Under the pieces are notes generated by a model that saw only the letters and a list, made by a program, of their open reading frames with translations, had not been told where the DNA came from and searched no databases. A stretch of DNA of 62,580 nt, counting the filler, from Nitrospinota bacterium (GTDB lineage: Bacteria; JAUXIQ01), in NCBI GenBank assembly GCA_030620925.1. It is 13 parts of 13 records of this genome, joined end to end, with 100 filler letters (N's around TTAATTAATTAA, not from the genome) between each part and the next. Parts side by side here need not be neighbours in the genome. Positions count along the whole stretch, not along the records: positions 45,688 to 49,954 come from JAUXIQ010000238.1; positions 50,055 to 55,234 come from JAUXIQ010000172.1; positions 55,335 to 59,524 come from JAUXIQ010000245.1; positions 59,625 to 62,580 come from JAUXIQ010000381.1; 9 more parts are not named here. One strand, given 5' to 3'. Made by a program: the position numbers and the translations under genes. Each line of letters begins with the position of its first letter. Positions within the stretch are counted from its first letter, which is position 1. Of this stretch, positions 49,665 to 59,669 are shown one piece after another.

Positions 49665-49954
49665 TGAGATTTACCTTTAAACATATAAATGTAAACACTT
49701 GTATACGTAGAGGATATATTTTAGGTGTGGCCCTGATACTTTTGTTGTCAGGGGGATGCCTCGCATTTTCCAGCTCCAATGCCGCAACTTCGGATGATCT
49801 CAGGATAGACCTTGATGTGGAGGAATATTATCTGGAGAACGGGTTGAAAGTCCTGGTTCTGGAAGATCATGCCAGCCCGGTGGTTTCAGTGCAGGTATGG
49901 GTAAAAGTGGGGTCCAGAAACGAAAAGCCGGGCTATACCGGGATTTCTCATCTG
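49664..49954 (+). CDS. M16 (pitrilysin) family peptidase, N-terminal fragment
   Basis: Signal peptide, LENGLKV, VWVKVGSRNE..GISHL (start of HxxEH). Confidence 0.88.
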
Positions 49955-50145
49955 NNNNNNNNNNNNNNNNNNNNNNNNNNNNNNNNNNNNNNNNNNNNTT
50001 AATTAATTAANNNNNNNNNNNNNNNNNNNNNNNNNNNNNNNNNNNNNNNNNNNNACCGTTAGGCATAGGTTATTTTTGTAATGGTAAGGTGAAACATGGG
50101 TAAGAACGAAAAAAGAAGAATAAATCCGTTTCCAGGAGAGTGTCC

Positions 50146-50559
50146 ATGGTGGAACAGGAATTCGACGTTTCCGAATACGAGGGGAAGCAAGATCATATAA
50201 GGTCCCTGGAAATACCCTTCGGGCTGGAGGCCTGGGAGAACAAGTATTCGGATGTAGAATACGCGGTGGAGCACGAGTTGACCGAGTTCACCTGCATCTG
50301 CCCCAAGACGGGTCAGCCCGATTACGCCACCTTCAAATTGAGCTACGGCCCGGATAAAAAGTGCATAGAGCTGAAGTCTTTGAAGCTCTACCTGCAAGCC
50401 TATCGAGACGTGGGCATCTTCCACGAGCACGTCACCAATAAGATACTGGAGGATTTCGTGGAAGCCGTGGAGCCGCGCTGGGCGGAGCTTGAAGGGCGCT
50501 TCAACAACCGGGGCGGAATTGTCACCACGGTCAAGGCGAGATACGACAGTAAGAAGTGA
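50146..50559 (+). CDS. queF: preQ0 nitrile reductase QueF (short type)
   Basis: EFTCICPKTGQPDYA, ELKSLKLYL, FHEHV, RGGI. Confidence 0.95.
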   Translation: MVEQEFDVSEYEGKQDHIRSLEIPFGLEAWENKYSDVEYAVEHELTEFTCICPKTGQPDYATFKLSYGPDKKCIELKSLKLYLQAYRDVGIFHEHVTNKILEDFVEAVEPRWAELEGRFNNRGGIVTTVKARYDSKK

Positions 50560-50578
50560 AGTCAGTTATCGAAACGGC

Positions 50579-51298
50579 TCACCATAGCTCGGTGGCGATC
50601 TGCTCTTTGCTCACCCCCATATCCCTGAGGCAGTATGTCAGCATGAGCATCATCTCCTGCGGCCCGCAGATGTAGTAGGATTTGTCCGCCGGGTCGGAGA
50701 TGGTTTCCTCCAGCATGGGCTGATCAACCCTGCGGGTCGCCCCCTCCCAGTCGGTGGGAGAGGAACGGGTCAGTGTGAAATGGGCGGTGAACCCCTCCCA
50801 GCGGGAGTCCATGCCCAGCAGTTCCGGGAAAAATATTACGTCCTCGAAAGACCGGCAACTGTATATCAGCGTCGCCGGTGCAGGAAATTGCAGGTCGCAC
50901 AGGTATCTGAGCATGCTCATGATGGGCGTTATCCCGATTCCGCCAGCTATGAAGACCGGCTCCCCGTCCTGAGAGGGTTCGTAAACGAAGTCCCCTTCCG
51001 GCCCCCTGATCTCCAGCGTGGAGCCGACTACCGTTTCGTGCAGCTCCTGCGTGAAGGGTCCCCTCTTCGAAACCGCTATTTCCAGGTATTCCTTCTGCAG
51101 AGGCGATGAGGTGATGGAAAAACCGCTCCACTCACCTTCGAGTTCTCTGTTTTTAGGGTCCGTTAGCCCGATGTCCAGGTACTGCCCCGACTTGAAGCTG
51201 AGCTGCGCGCCTTCAGGCAGTTCAAGCTCCATGCCCTTCACCGTCGGCGTTAGCTGAACGGTCTTTTTCACCGTTACGATATGTTGTTCCTTTCCCAT
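50579..51298 (-). CDS. FAD/NAD(P)-binding ferredoxin-reductase (FNR-like) family protein
   Basis: GQY, FSITSSP, GPEG, AGGIGITP, YICGP. Confidence 0.9.
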   Translation of the reverse strand: MGKEQHIVTVKKTVQLTPTVKGMELELPEGAQLSFKSGQYLDIGLTDPKNRELEGEWSGFSITSSPLQKEYLEIAVSKRGPFTQELHETVVGSTLEIRGPEGDFVYEPSQDGEPVFIAGGIGITPIMSMLRYLCDLQFPAPATLIYSCRSFEDVIFFPELLGMDSRWEGFTAHFTLTRSSPTDWEGATRRVDQPMLEETISDPADKSYYICGPQEMMLMLTYCLRDMGVSKEQIATELW

Positions 51299-51458
51299 GT
51301 CCTTAATGAATATATCCCCTGACGGTAAGAATGGGATACCCGCCCATTAATGGGTGGGAGCATCATGATTTTCACGAACCCCCGGACTCGTCCGGGGGTA
51401 ATAACCCCGCCACAAGTGACGGGGTTCGGCGCCCCGCTATAGCGGGACTGGCGCGGTA

Positions 51459-51511
51459 GTAGGGGCGTATTGCATACGCCCCAATAGGGCGGGTTACAAA
51501 CCCGCCCCTAC
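51459..51511. repeat. GTAG-type REP doublet
   Basis: GTAGGGGCGTATTGCATACGCCCC-AATA-GGGCGGGTTACAAACCCGCCCCTAC; a near-identical reverse-complement copy lies at 55471-55523. Confidence 0.8.
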
Positions 51512-51565
51512 ATAATCGCGCGTGCGGCGGGATGATCGCTCTGGTTATGCTTGCCTTGGCCATAT

Positions 51566-51634
51566 GGTAATGATTATCAAATACATATTGACGCAGACGC
51601 CGTCGCGCCGCATATTATCACTAAAAAGGTGATA
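51566..51634 (+). promoter_or_regulatory. suf operon promoter with candidate Fur box and Rrf2 operator
   Basis: GGTAATGATTATCAAATAC (51566-51584); TTGACG-17-CATATT (51588-51616); inverted repeat TATCAC-N7-GTGATA (51616-51634). Confidence 0.55.
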
Positions 51635-51658
51635 TTTACCTTGAATGGAGGGCGACCC

Positions 51659-52084
51659 ATGAAATTGACCAGAGCTACAGACTACGCTCTCTTTGTGACC
51701 GCCCATCTGGCGACGCTTGAGCGGGGTGAGATCACCAGTATCAGGGCCGTTGTCTCTGAGTATGACATACCGGAGCGGTTCCTGGCCAACATCGTCAACA
51801 AGCTGGCCGGTGCGGGAATAATCGCTTCCATGAAAGGGGTTAACGGCGGGATAAGACTGGCCAGGGACGCATCACAGATAACCGTTCTACAGGTGGTGGA
51901 ATCCATGGAAAAGTCGTTGGCCCTGGTGAAGTGCCAGAGCGCTGAGCCTTTCTGTCCGCTGGTGGATAGCTGTTTGGTTAAAGGATTGATGGATCATGTG
52001 TATCAAGAGATGAGGGAGACCCTTGGCCGGACGACAATAGCCGACCTCAAATTTTACGCTGACCGGGGTAAGGTGATGATATGA
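51659..52084 (+). CDS. Rrf2-family regulator (IscR-like, three Cys)
   Basis: MKLTRATDYAL, GVNGGIRLA, C-x6-C-x5-C; GGAGG RBS. Confidence 0.92.
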   Translation: MKLTRATDYALFVTAHLATLERGEITSIRAVVSEYDIPERFLANIVNKLAGAGIIASMKGVNGGIRLARDASQITVLQVVESMEKSLALVKCQSAEPFCPLVDSCLVKGLMDHVYQEMRETLGRTTIADLKFYADRGKVMI

Positions 52085-52163
52085 ACGCGCCCTTCGAAAA
52101 CCGATGCAAGAGGTCTCATCCGAAGCGTCGGGCGGCATTGATTTAAAGAGGAGTTCCACAGAG

Positions 52164-52940
52164 ATGAATCCTATTCTTGAAATTAAGGATTTATACGTGA
52201 GCATCGATGGGAAGCAGATTCTCAAAGGGATAAACGTGGAAATCGGCCCCGGAGAAGTACACGCCCTCATGGGAAGAAACGGTTCCGGGAAGAGCACTCT
52301 CGCCTACGCCCTGATGGGCCATCCCAAATACGTTGTGGATGAGGGGCGGATATTTTTCAGGGGGGAGAACCTCCTGGAACTTTCCCCCGATCAGCGGGCG
52401 CGCAAAGGGCTTTTCCTGGCCTTCCAGTATCCCATGGCCGTGCCCGGGGTGAGCGTGGCCAATTTTTTGCGGACCGCGGTAAATGCGGTGAACGGTGACG
52501 GGGGCGAGAAGAAGTCCATCCCCGTATCCCGCTTCCGCAAGGAGCTCAAGGAGAACATGAACCTGCTTAAGATAGAACCCTCCTTCGCAAAGCGCTACCT
52601 GAACGACGGGTTCTCAGGAGGGGAGAAGAAGCGGATGGAGGTGCTTCAGTTGGCCATGGTCAAACCGGCCCTGGCCATCCTGGACGAAGCGGACTCCGGG
52701 CTTGACATCGATGCGCTGAAAATTGTCTCTGAGAGTATAAACAGGGTCATGGATGGGGAGATGGGAACGCTGATCATCACCCACTACCAGCGCATTCTAA
52801 ACTATATTAACCCGAACTTCGTGCACGTGATGGCCGATGGCCGCATCGTGGCCTCAGGGGGACCGGAGCTTGCACGCAAACTAGAAACTCAAGGATACGA
52901 ATGGCTTGAAGGGGAGGGGGTTTCCGCAGATGCCGGTTAA
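52164..52940 (+). CDS. sufC: Fe-S assembly ATPase SufC
   Basis: [41 protein letters not shown]. Confidence 0.97.
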   Translation: MNPILEIKDLYVSIDGKQILKGINVEIGPGEVHALMGRNGSGKSTLAYALMGHPKYVVDEGRIFFRGENLLELSPDQRARKGLFLAFQYPMAVPGVSVANFLRTAVNAVNGDGGEKKSIPVSRFRKELKENMNLLKIEPSFAKRYLNDGFSGGEKKRMEVLQLAMVKPALAILDEADSGLDIDALKIVSESINRVMDGEMGTLIITHYQRILNYINPNFVHVMADGRIVASGGPELARKLETQGYEWLEGEGVSADAG

Positions 52941-54333
52941 AGAATTGGACGTAGGTTTGGATGAGTACAAATACGGGTTCAGAGACCCGGAAAAATATGT
53001 TTATAAAGCAAAGAAGGGTCTCTCCCGCAAGACCGTGGAAGAAATTTCATGGATGAAACAGGAGCCCGACTGGATGCGCAAGTTGAGGTTCAAATCCCTG
53101 GATATCTTTGAGAAGAAACCGCTTCCCACCTGGGGCGGCGACCTGACGCAGCTCGATTTCCAGGATATCTATTACTACATCAAACCCGCCGAGAAGCAGG
53201 GGAAGACCTGGGACGAAGTCCCTGAAGACATAAAGAAGACCTTCGAGCGCCTGGGTATCCCCGAGGCAGAGCGCAAGTTCCTGGCCGGTGTGGGGGCGCA
53301 GTATGAATCAGAGGTCGTCTACCACAGCCTCAAAAAGGAGCTTGAGGAAAAGGGCGTGATATTTCTGGATACCGATTCGGCTCTTCGGAAACATCCCGAT
53401 CTGTTCAAAGAGTATTTCGGCACGGTGATACCTCCTGCTGATAACAAAATGGCGGCGCTGAACAGCGCCGTGTGGAGCGGGGGCAGCTTCATTTACATCC
53501 CGGCGGGGGTGAAAGTGGATATGCCGCTTCAGGCCTACTTCAGGATAAACGCTGAGCGCATGGGCCAGTTCGAGCGTACGCTCATCATAGCCGAGGAAGA
53601 CAGCCAGGTACACTACGTGGAAGGCTGCACCGCTCCCATCTACGACGCCGATTCGCTGCACAGCGCGGTGGTGGAGATTATAGTCAGGCCGGGCGCCCGT
53701 GTCCGATATACCACCATACAGAACTGGTCCAACAACGTCTATAACCTGGTTACCAAGCGGGCGGCGGCCTACGAAGGGGCGACCATGGAGTGGATAGACG
53801 GAAACCTGGGAAGTAAGCTCACCATGAAATACCCCAGCGTTTACCTCATGGGCCCCAAAGCCAGGGCGGAAATCCTCTCCATAGCTTTTGCGGGCAGGAA
53901 CCAGTATCAGGACGCAGGGGGAAAAGTGATCCACGGCGCGCCGGAGACTTCCTCGACCATAACCTCAAAATCGATAAGCAAAGACGGCGGAAGGACCGCC
54001 TATCGCGGCCTGGTGAAGGTCTATAAGGGGGCCGGGAACATCAAGTCCACGGTGAGATGCGACGCCCTGATCCTCGACGGGGAATCGAGGTCGGACACCT
54101 ACCCCTACATGGAGATCGACGAGGAGAACGTCAATATAGGCCACGAAGCCACGGTGAGCAAAATCGGCGAGGAGCAGTTGTTCTACCTCATGAGCCGGGG
54201 GTTGAGCGAGCAGGAGGCGGCGATCATGATAGTGAACGGTTTCATCGAGCCTCTGGTGAAAGAGCTGCCCATGGAATACGCAGTGGAGATGAACAGGCTC
54301 ATAGAATTGCAGATGGAGGGCTCAGTGGGGTAA
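52930..54333 (+). CDS. sufB: Fe-S assembly scaffold SufB
   Basis: [47 protein letters not shown]. Confidence 0.97.
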   Translation: MPVKELDVGLDEYKYGFRDPEKYVYKAKKGLSRKTVEEISWMKQEPDWMRKLRFKSLDIFEKKPLPTWGGDLTQLDFQDIYYYIKPAEKQGKTWDEVPEDIKKTFERLGIPEAERKFLAGVGAQYESEVVYHSLKKELEEKGVIFLDTDSALRKHPDLFKEYFGTVIPPADNKMAALNSAVWSGGSFIYIPAGVKVDMPLQAYFRINAERMGQFERTLIIAEEDSQVHYVEGCTAPIYDADSLHSAVVEIIVRPGARVRYTTIQNWSNNVYNLVTKRAAAYEGATMEWIDGNLGSKLTMKYPSVYLMGPKARAEILSIAFAGRNQYQDAGGKVIHGAPETSSTITSKSISKDGGRTAYRGLVKVYKGAGNIKSTVRCDALILDGESRSDTYPYMEIDEENVNIGHEATVSKIGEEQLFYLMSRGLSEQEAAIMIVNGFIEPLVKELPMEYAVEMNRLIELQMEGSVG

Positions 54334-54513
54334 AGCTTGCTTGAGAGGGCCTTTTTGGAAAAACCCCGCGTTCCGCGGGGTCAAACTCCCCCCGACCCCG
54401 CGTGTGGCGGGGTTTGCATGGCATGCATAAAAGTCTTGGGAAGGGGGTCTGGGGGAAACACTTATACAGAAGGGTTTCCCCCGGGGAAAGTTCTGAATGG
54501 AGAATTCGGCAAG

Positions 54514-55234
54514 ATGGTTGAGAGCAGTCTGATTGAAGAAATATCCGAAGCGAGGGGCGAACCGGGCTGGATGAGGGAAAAGCGTATGAACGCTTGGCGG
54601 TTATACCGGGATATGCCCTCTCCCTCCGGCGGCGAGGAAGCGTGGCGGCGCACGGACGTAGGTTTATTTGAATTTAAGGATGATGAACCCCGTCATTACA
54701 CTGGAGACGGGTTAAGCGAAGCGGAAGCGGAACGGGTAAAGACCCTCGCACCTCGAAACGGCAATTTCCGGTATGCCGGGGAACTTATACATAAAGACTT
54801 CAAGGCCAGGGTTGTAGGAAACGGTGCGGGCGCAGACAATGAGGGCCTCATATTCACGAACCTCGGTTCGGCGTTAAGGGAACATCCCTCGCTGATGGAA
54901 GAATATTTCATGACCCGGTGCCTCCGGCCGGAGAGGAGCAGGTTCGACGCGCTGCACGCCGCCCTCTGGACCGACGGCGCACTCATCTACGTGCCCGAAG
55001 GGGAAGAGGTGGCCCTGCCGCTTCATTCGCTGTTCTTCATGGAGCGTGAGAGAGAAGCCTTTTTCCCTCATTTGCTGGTGGTGCTTGAGAGGGGGAGCAA
55101 AGCTACAGTCTATGCGGAGTGGCGTTCAGCGGATTTTGAGTCGCGAGCGCTCAGTTTCCCCGCCGTCGAAGTATTTGTAGGTGAAGGGGCGACCCTCAAC
55201 TATCTGGGCCTCAATGATTGGGGTCGCGGCGTCT
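54514..55234 (+). CDS. sufD: Fe-S assembly protein SufD (3' truncated)
   Basis: EPGWMREKR..EEAWRRTD, FDALHAALWTDGALIYVP. The true start lies after a repeat-derived region. Confidence 0.88.
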
Positions 55235-55364
55235 NNNNNNNNNNNNNNNNNNNNNNNNNNNNNNNNNNNNNNNNNNNNTTAATTAATTAANNNNNNNNNN
55301 NNNNNNNNNNNNNNNNNNNNNNNNNNNNNNNNNNAGACAAAACGCAGGGTTTGCATGGATAAGC

Positions 55365-55558
55365 GAGATTCTTCGCTTCGCTCAGAATGACAAGATGCGC
55401 AGTGCCAGGGGCCGCGCCCTGGGCAGGGCAATCCCGTCGGACGCGGGACTACCCCTACCGTTATCGTTGCGTAGGGGCGGGTTTGAAACCCGCCCTATTG
55501 GGCGTATGGCAATACGCCCCTACACCGCGACTAGCAGGGGCGACCGGCCGGTAGCCTT
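55365..55558. repeat. cluster of REP-like palindromes
   Basis: GAGATTCTTCGCTTCGCTCAGAATGACA; GTAG doublet at 55471-55523; GCAGGGGCGACCGGCCGGTAGCC variant. Confidence 0.75.
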
Positions 55559-55616
55559 TGTCCCTCTGCTGGCGTCTGGAAGACGCACCTGGAAAATAGG
55601 ACCGTCTCTCGAGAGT

Positions 55617-56804
55617 CTATTTGAAGCCGAGGGGCGGCGGGTAGTATTGGGGCAGGAATCGCTCCCGCCCCACTTCCGGGTTTACCGCGCAGCGCACCGA
55701 AAAACCGCTGAACAGAGTCTTCAGGCAGTTATTGCAGCGGATACATTTGGTGATTTCTTCCTCTCTGCCTTCCCTGGTCTTGTTGGGCCATTCGGGGTCG
55801 GCGATCAGTCCCCGGGATAGTGAGATGACGTCTGCCATACCTTCCAGGACGGCGTGTTCGGCGAGGGAAGGGCTGTGCACGTTGGGGCATAAGACGGGAA
55901 TCTCCTCCACCGCCTGCTTGACCGCCTGCGCCTCGGGAAGGATGACACCCTCATCGTTGGGGAAAAGATAGTTCAGCGCTTCGTAGCGGCCCGAAGAGAG
56001 GTGTATGAAGTCGATACCCTCTTTTTCGAGGATGGAGGCTATGCGGCAGGTATCCTCTATGGTCAGGCCTCCTTCTATGTGCTCGTCTCCGCTTATCCTG
56101 AAACCCAGAATGAAGTCTTCCCCCACGGCGGCCCTTGTCTTCCTGTATATGTTAAGGAGGAGGTTGAGCCTGTTCTCGAATGAGCCTCCGTATTTATCAC
56201 TGCGCTGGTTGGAGAGGGGCGATATGAACGCTCCCAGCAGGTAGCCATGCGCGCCGTGTATCTCTATGCCGTCGAACCCCGCCCGCTCGATGCGGAGTGC
56301 GGCCTGCACGAAATCGTCTTCCAGCTCTTCGACCTCCCGGGTGGTCAGCTCTCTGGGCGCTTCGCCCTCGGTATCTTCCCATAACTCGAGACCTCTGCAG
56401 GAGGTGCCCTTCGGCACCCTGTAGGGGATGGGGGAGGGCGCCACCAGCTCCACGTCGGTTCTCCGGCCCTTGAAGTACTGTGCACCCAGACCGATGCTGA
56501 GCTGCACTATAGCGGCTGCATCGAAGGCGTGAATTGCATGCGATAACTCCCACATGCCTCTGAAATTGAGATTGGTGTGGAAACCTATGGGACCTTTTAT
56601 ATGTTTGTAAGTTGCCAGGCTGTGCTCCACGGTTATCCAGCCGGCGCCTCCCCTGGCTCTGGCGACGTAGTGGCACAGGGATTGATCTGTGATTTCTCCG
56701 TCAGGGCCGGCGGTCCCCATGCCCGTCGGTGCGAAGGCGAGCCTGTTCTTGACTTTGAGTTTGCCTATGCGAATGGGCTCGAAGAGTTTATTGTATTCTC
56801 CCAC
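55617..56804 (-). CDS. NADH:flavin oxidoreductase (Old Yellow Enzyme family)
   Basis: LFEPIRIG..KNRL, ARGGAG, AGFDGIEIHGAHGYL, RSDKYGGSFENR, CIRCNNC..CAVNP. GTG start chosen from the GGAGG RBS. Confidence 0.92.
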   Translation of the reverse strand: MGEYNKLFEPIRIGKLKVKNRLAFAPTGMGTAGPDGEITDQSLCHYVARARGGAGWITVEHSLATYKHIKGPIGFHTNLNFRGMWELSHAIHAFDAAAIVQLSIGLGAQYFKGRRTDVELVAPSPIPYRVPKGTSCRGLELWEDTEGEAPRELTTREVEELEDDFVQAALRIERAGFDGIEIHGAHGYLLGAFISPLSNQRSDKYGGSFENRLNLLLNIYRKTRAAVGEDFILGFRISGDEHIEGGLTIEDTCRIASILEKEGIDFIHLSSGRYEALNYLFPNDEGVILPEAQAVKQAVEEIPVLCPNVHSPSLAEHAVLEGMADVISLSRGLIADPEWPNKTREGREEEITKCIRCNNCLKTLFSGFSVRCAVNPEVGRERFLPQYYPPPLGFK

Positions 56805-57134
56805 GACGTCGAACCTCCTCTCCCTTACCCTTGTCTCACGAGACCCTTCGCAAGGGTGCTTCGCGGACTGGTGGTAGGAAACAGAATCGATACTTTTCTT
56901 GTCCGGTTGTCTGGTTTTATCTGTAGCAGAGTTTGTGCCGGTAGTCAAACCTTATCCCCATTTCGATAGCAGGCAGACGGAGGAGAATTTCTACTTAGAA
57001 CCCCCGATAGAGGTGCGTCCTTGACAAACGGCTCAAGTAATCGGATAATTTTAGATTCCACCGGTTATTAACCGCCCCTGGATGGACTTTTACTCTGTGA
57101 ACCTCACCGGAAGGATCACCACCGAGAGGGATTT

Positions 57135-57539
57135 ATGGATATACACGACGATGACTACTGTTTCGGCTGCGGTAAGAAAAACGAGGCGGGGCTGCATCTC
57201 GAGCACCATCGGCTGGGCGACGGCCTCATCAAAGTGGATTTCATCGTGGGCAAACAGCACGTCGGCTGGCAAGACACGCTGCACGGTGGATTGATAAGCT
57301 GTATTTTCGATGACCTTCTGGGCAAGACGGCCATGGACCATGGGGTATATGCGGCTACAGCACGCCTTGAGGTGAGGTACTTGAAGCAGTCTAAGGTGGG
57401 CGAAAAGCTCTCCTTCTACGCTCGTCTCCTGAAGAGGGTCAAAAAACTCCTCCTGGTCGAGCTTCATGCCGAAAACGAAGAGGGCCAGCCGGTGGCCACC
57501 GGCAAAGGCAAGCTTTTCATCGTGGATAAACAGAAGTAA
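57135..57539 (+). CDS. PaaI-family hotdog thioesterase
   Basis: CFGCG..N..GL, HGGLISCIFDD, TARLEVRY. TTGACA-17-GATAAT promoter at 57021-57049. Confidence 0.9.
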   Translation: MDIHDDDYCFGCGKKNEAGLHLEHHRLGDGLIKVDFIVGKQHVGWQDTLHGGLISCIFDDLLGKTAMDHGVYAATARLEVRYLKQSKVGEKLSFYARLLKRVKKLLLVELHAENEEGQPVATGKGKLFIVDKQK

Positions 57540-57581
57540 TGGATAGCCGGTTCCCTGGTAGAAATGGCTGTTCAGGGCCCT

Positions 57582-58214
57582 TTAATACTTGGGATGACCG
57601 AAGTGGTTCGTCCTTATGCAGTTTTCGATCCTGACGGGGGCTGTTTCGTAATATTCACTCCGCGTTCTTCCCGGTTTAAGCCGCCCGGCATATGTATCCC
57701 ATATGTCGTTAAAGCGGGGATGGGTGAAATTGGGGCTGGCGTTGTGTGCCATCTCATGCAGCAGGGTTCTGAGGATTTCTTTCTCGCCCCGTCGTAAGAG
57801 CTCCTTGAGGTTTAACTGCATGGCGCTGAAGGCGTAATAGGAGTTAAACTCCGCAGCCAGGGGGGCGGCGTTATCGGTGGAATACCTTGCCACCGCAGCC
57901 CCGATGTTTTTTCCCAGTTGGTCGTTCTTTATATGCAGTATCATGGATCTTTGATAAGCTTCGAGCACGGTTTCCTGTTCCTCAGGTGTAATATAACCCA
58001 GGCACTGTTCCAGCTTCTCCCGGGCCTTGTCCTGAAGCCTGGTTATTAAGTTGATCTCCTCCTGAGTCCAGTTCCCGGAGAAAACGTAGTTTTTACCCGA
58101 ATAGAAGACTTTTTCTCGACCGCCTCCCCAGGCGGCGGAATTGGAGAGTAGAAAAAGAGATACGCTGAGCATCAGCGCGGCGACGATGTTGCCCTCCTCC
58201 CGTCGAATTTTCAT
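57582..58214 (-). CDS. hypothetical exported protein with HExxH motif
   Basis: Hydrophobic signal ending AWG; TLLHEMAHN...H. Confidence 0.65.
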   Translation of the reverse strand: MKIRREEGNIVAALMLSVSLFLLSNSAAWGGGREKVFYSGKNYVFSGNWTQEEINLITRLQDKAREKLEQCLGYITPEEQETVLEAYQRSMILHIKNDQLGKNIGAAVARYSTDNAAPLAAEFNSYYAFSAMQLNLKELLRRGEKEILRTLLHEMAHNASPNFTHPRFNDIWDTYAGRLKPGRTRSEYYETAPVRIENCIRTNHFGHPKY

Positions 58215-58698
58215 GAAGCATACCCTCCGCGGCGACAAAGAAGTAGTACTTCCAGCTGTAATCGTTTCCCCTCTCTTTCCGGCAAGCGTGTAAAGGATAT
58301 TGCTACTGAATATACAAGAATGATTTCATCAGGTCAACAAAAAAGTAAAAATCCGTTATCATTTTTCCAATTTAATTTTGCGCTAATCCATAGTTAGGAT
58401 AGGAAACAAAGATTTACTTTCTTATAAACATAGTCTAAATAGGGTTATATAGTCCATAAAAAACACTGTTGATATATCAAACATTGTTTGTATGCTTTAA
58501 TTTATGTACTGTCACCGACCCTCTGCAAGCGAAAATTCCTTGTTGCTTTTGGTGAGCCAAACGACCGCTGCAGTTTTGACAATGCAGTGAGGGGATATAT
58601 CTTAGGCAAGTAGGACTATTTATGTCCAATTTTAAAAATAGGCTCGATGAGAAGATCAAAATCAGGGTATATATCTTTCCGTGAGAAGGAGCGGCACC

Positions 58699-59524
58699 GT
58701 GGTCAAAGAGATAGAGTGGATGGAATGGGGTGAAGAGGCGTTCAACCGGGCTGAAGCGGAGGATAAGCCCATTCTGCTCGGCATCTCCGCCGTCTGGTGC
58801 CATTGGTGTCACGTGATGGACAACACCACCTATTCTGATCCGGAAGTGGTGGAGCGCATCAGTGAATGTTTCGTCCCTGTAAGAGTTGACAACGATCGGA
58901 GGCCGGACATCAACAGCCGATACAATATGGGCGGATGGCCCACCACCGCTTTTCTCACCCCCGAAGGTGATGTCATCACCGGCGCGACATATATACCTCC
59001 GGCCGAGATGAAGACGGCCATTGCCCGCGTCCTCGAGAATTTTGAGTCGAATAGAGATGAACTGAGTTTCTCGCCTGAACGGGAGAAGAAGCTCGAGGAG
59101 CTTCTTCTCCCTTCCGATTCGGATATCGGTTATCTGCTCAAGGAAGCCGTAGTCGATTACGCGGTCTTGAGCCTGTTCAGGAGTTACGATCCCGAATACG
59201 GCGGGTTCGGGCGAGCCCCCAAGTTCCCACATGCTCACGCTCTCTGTTTCATGCTGCGCCATCATGAACGCTCAGGTGACGGGGCGCTGCTGGACATGAC
59301 CATCCAGACGCTCGACAAAATGGGATGGAGCGGTATGTACGATTCCGTTGAGGGAGGTTTTTTCCGATATTCGACTGACAGGGAGTGGAAGGTGCCTCAT
59401 TTCGAAAAGATGCTGGAGGATAACGCTTTGCTGCTTCGGGTCTATCTCATGGCATATCAGCATACCTCGCAGGAAAAATACGCGGAGAAAGCCGCTGATA
59501 TCATGAGGTTTATAGACCATAACC
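58699..59524 (+). CDS. thioredoxin-domain DUF255 (YyaL-like) protein, 3' truncated
   Basis: WGEEAF, WCHWCHVMD, RPDI, GGWP, GGFGRAPKFP, PHFEKML. Confidence 0.92.
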
Positions 59525-59669
59525 NNNNNNNNNNNNNNNNNNNNNNNNNNNNNNNNNNNNNNNNNNNNTTAATTAATTAANNNNNNNNNNNNNNNNNNNN
59601 NNNNNNNNNNNNNNNNNNNNNNNNCTTCCTCCGCCCCCGACCATGGATGGGTGCTCTCCCCAAAGGCGC

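Noticed and set aside
57006-57130. AGAGGTGCG resembling the start of a lysine riboswitch
   Set aside because: The rest of the aptamer is not evident, the motif lies upstream of the -35 box, and the downstream gene is a thioesterase.
4084-59624. Regularly recurring TTAATTAATTAA flanked by N-runs, and ORFs ending in X...LIN
   Set aside because: Artificial contig linker. It is not a biological repeat, and no operon inference across it is valid.
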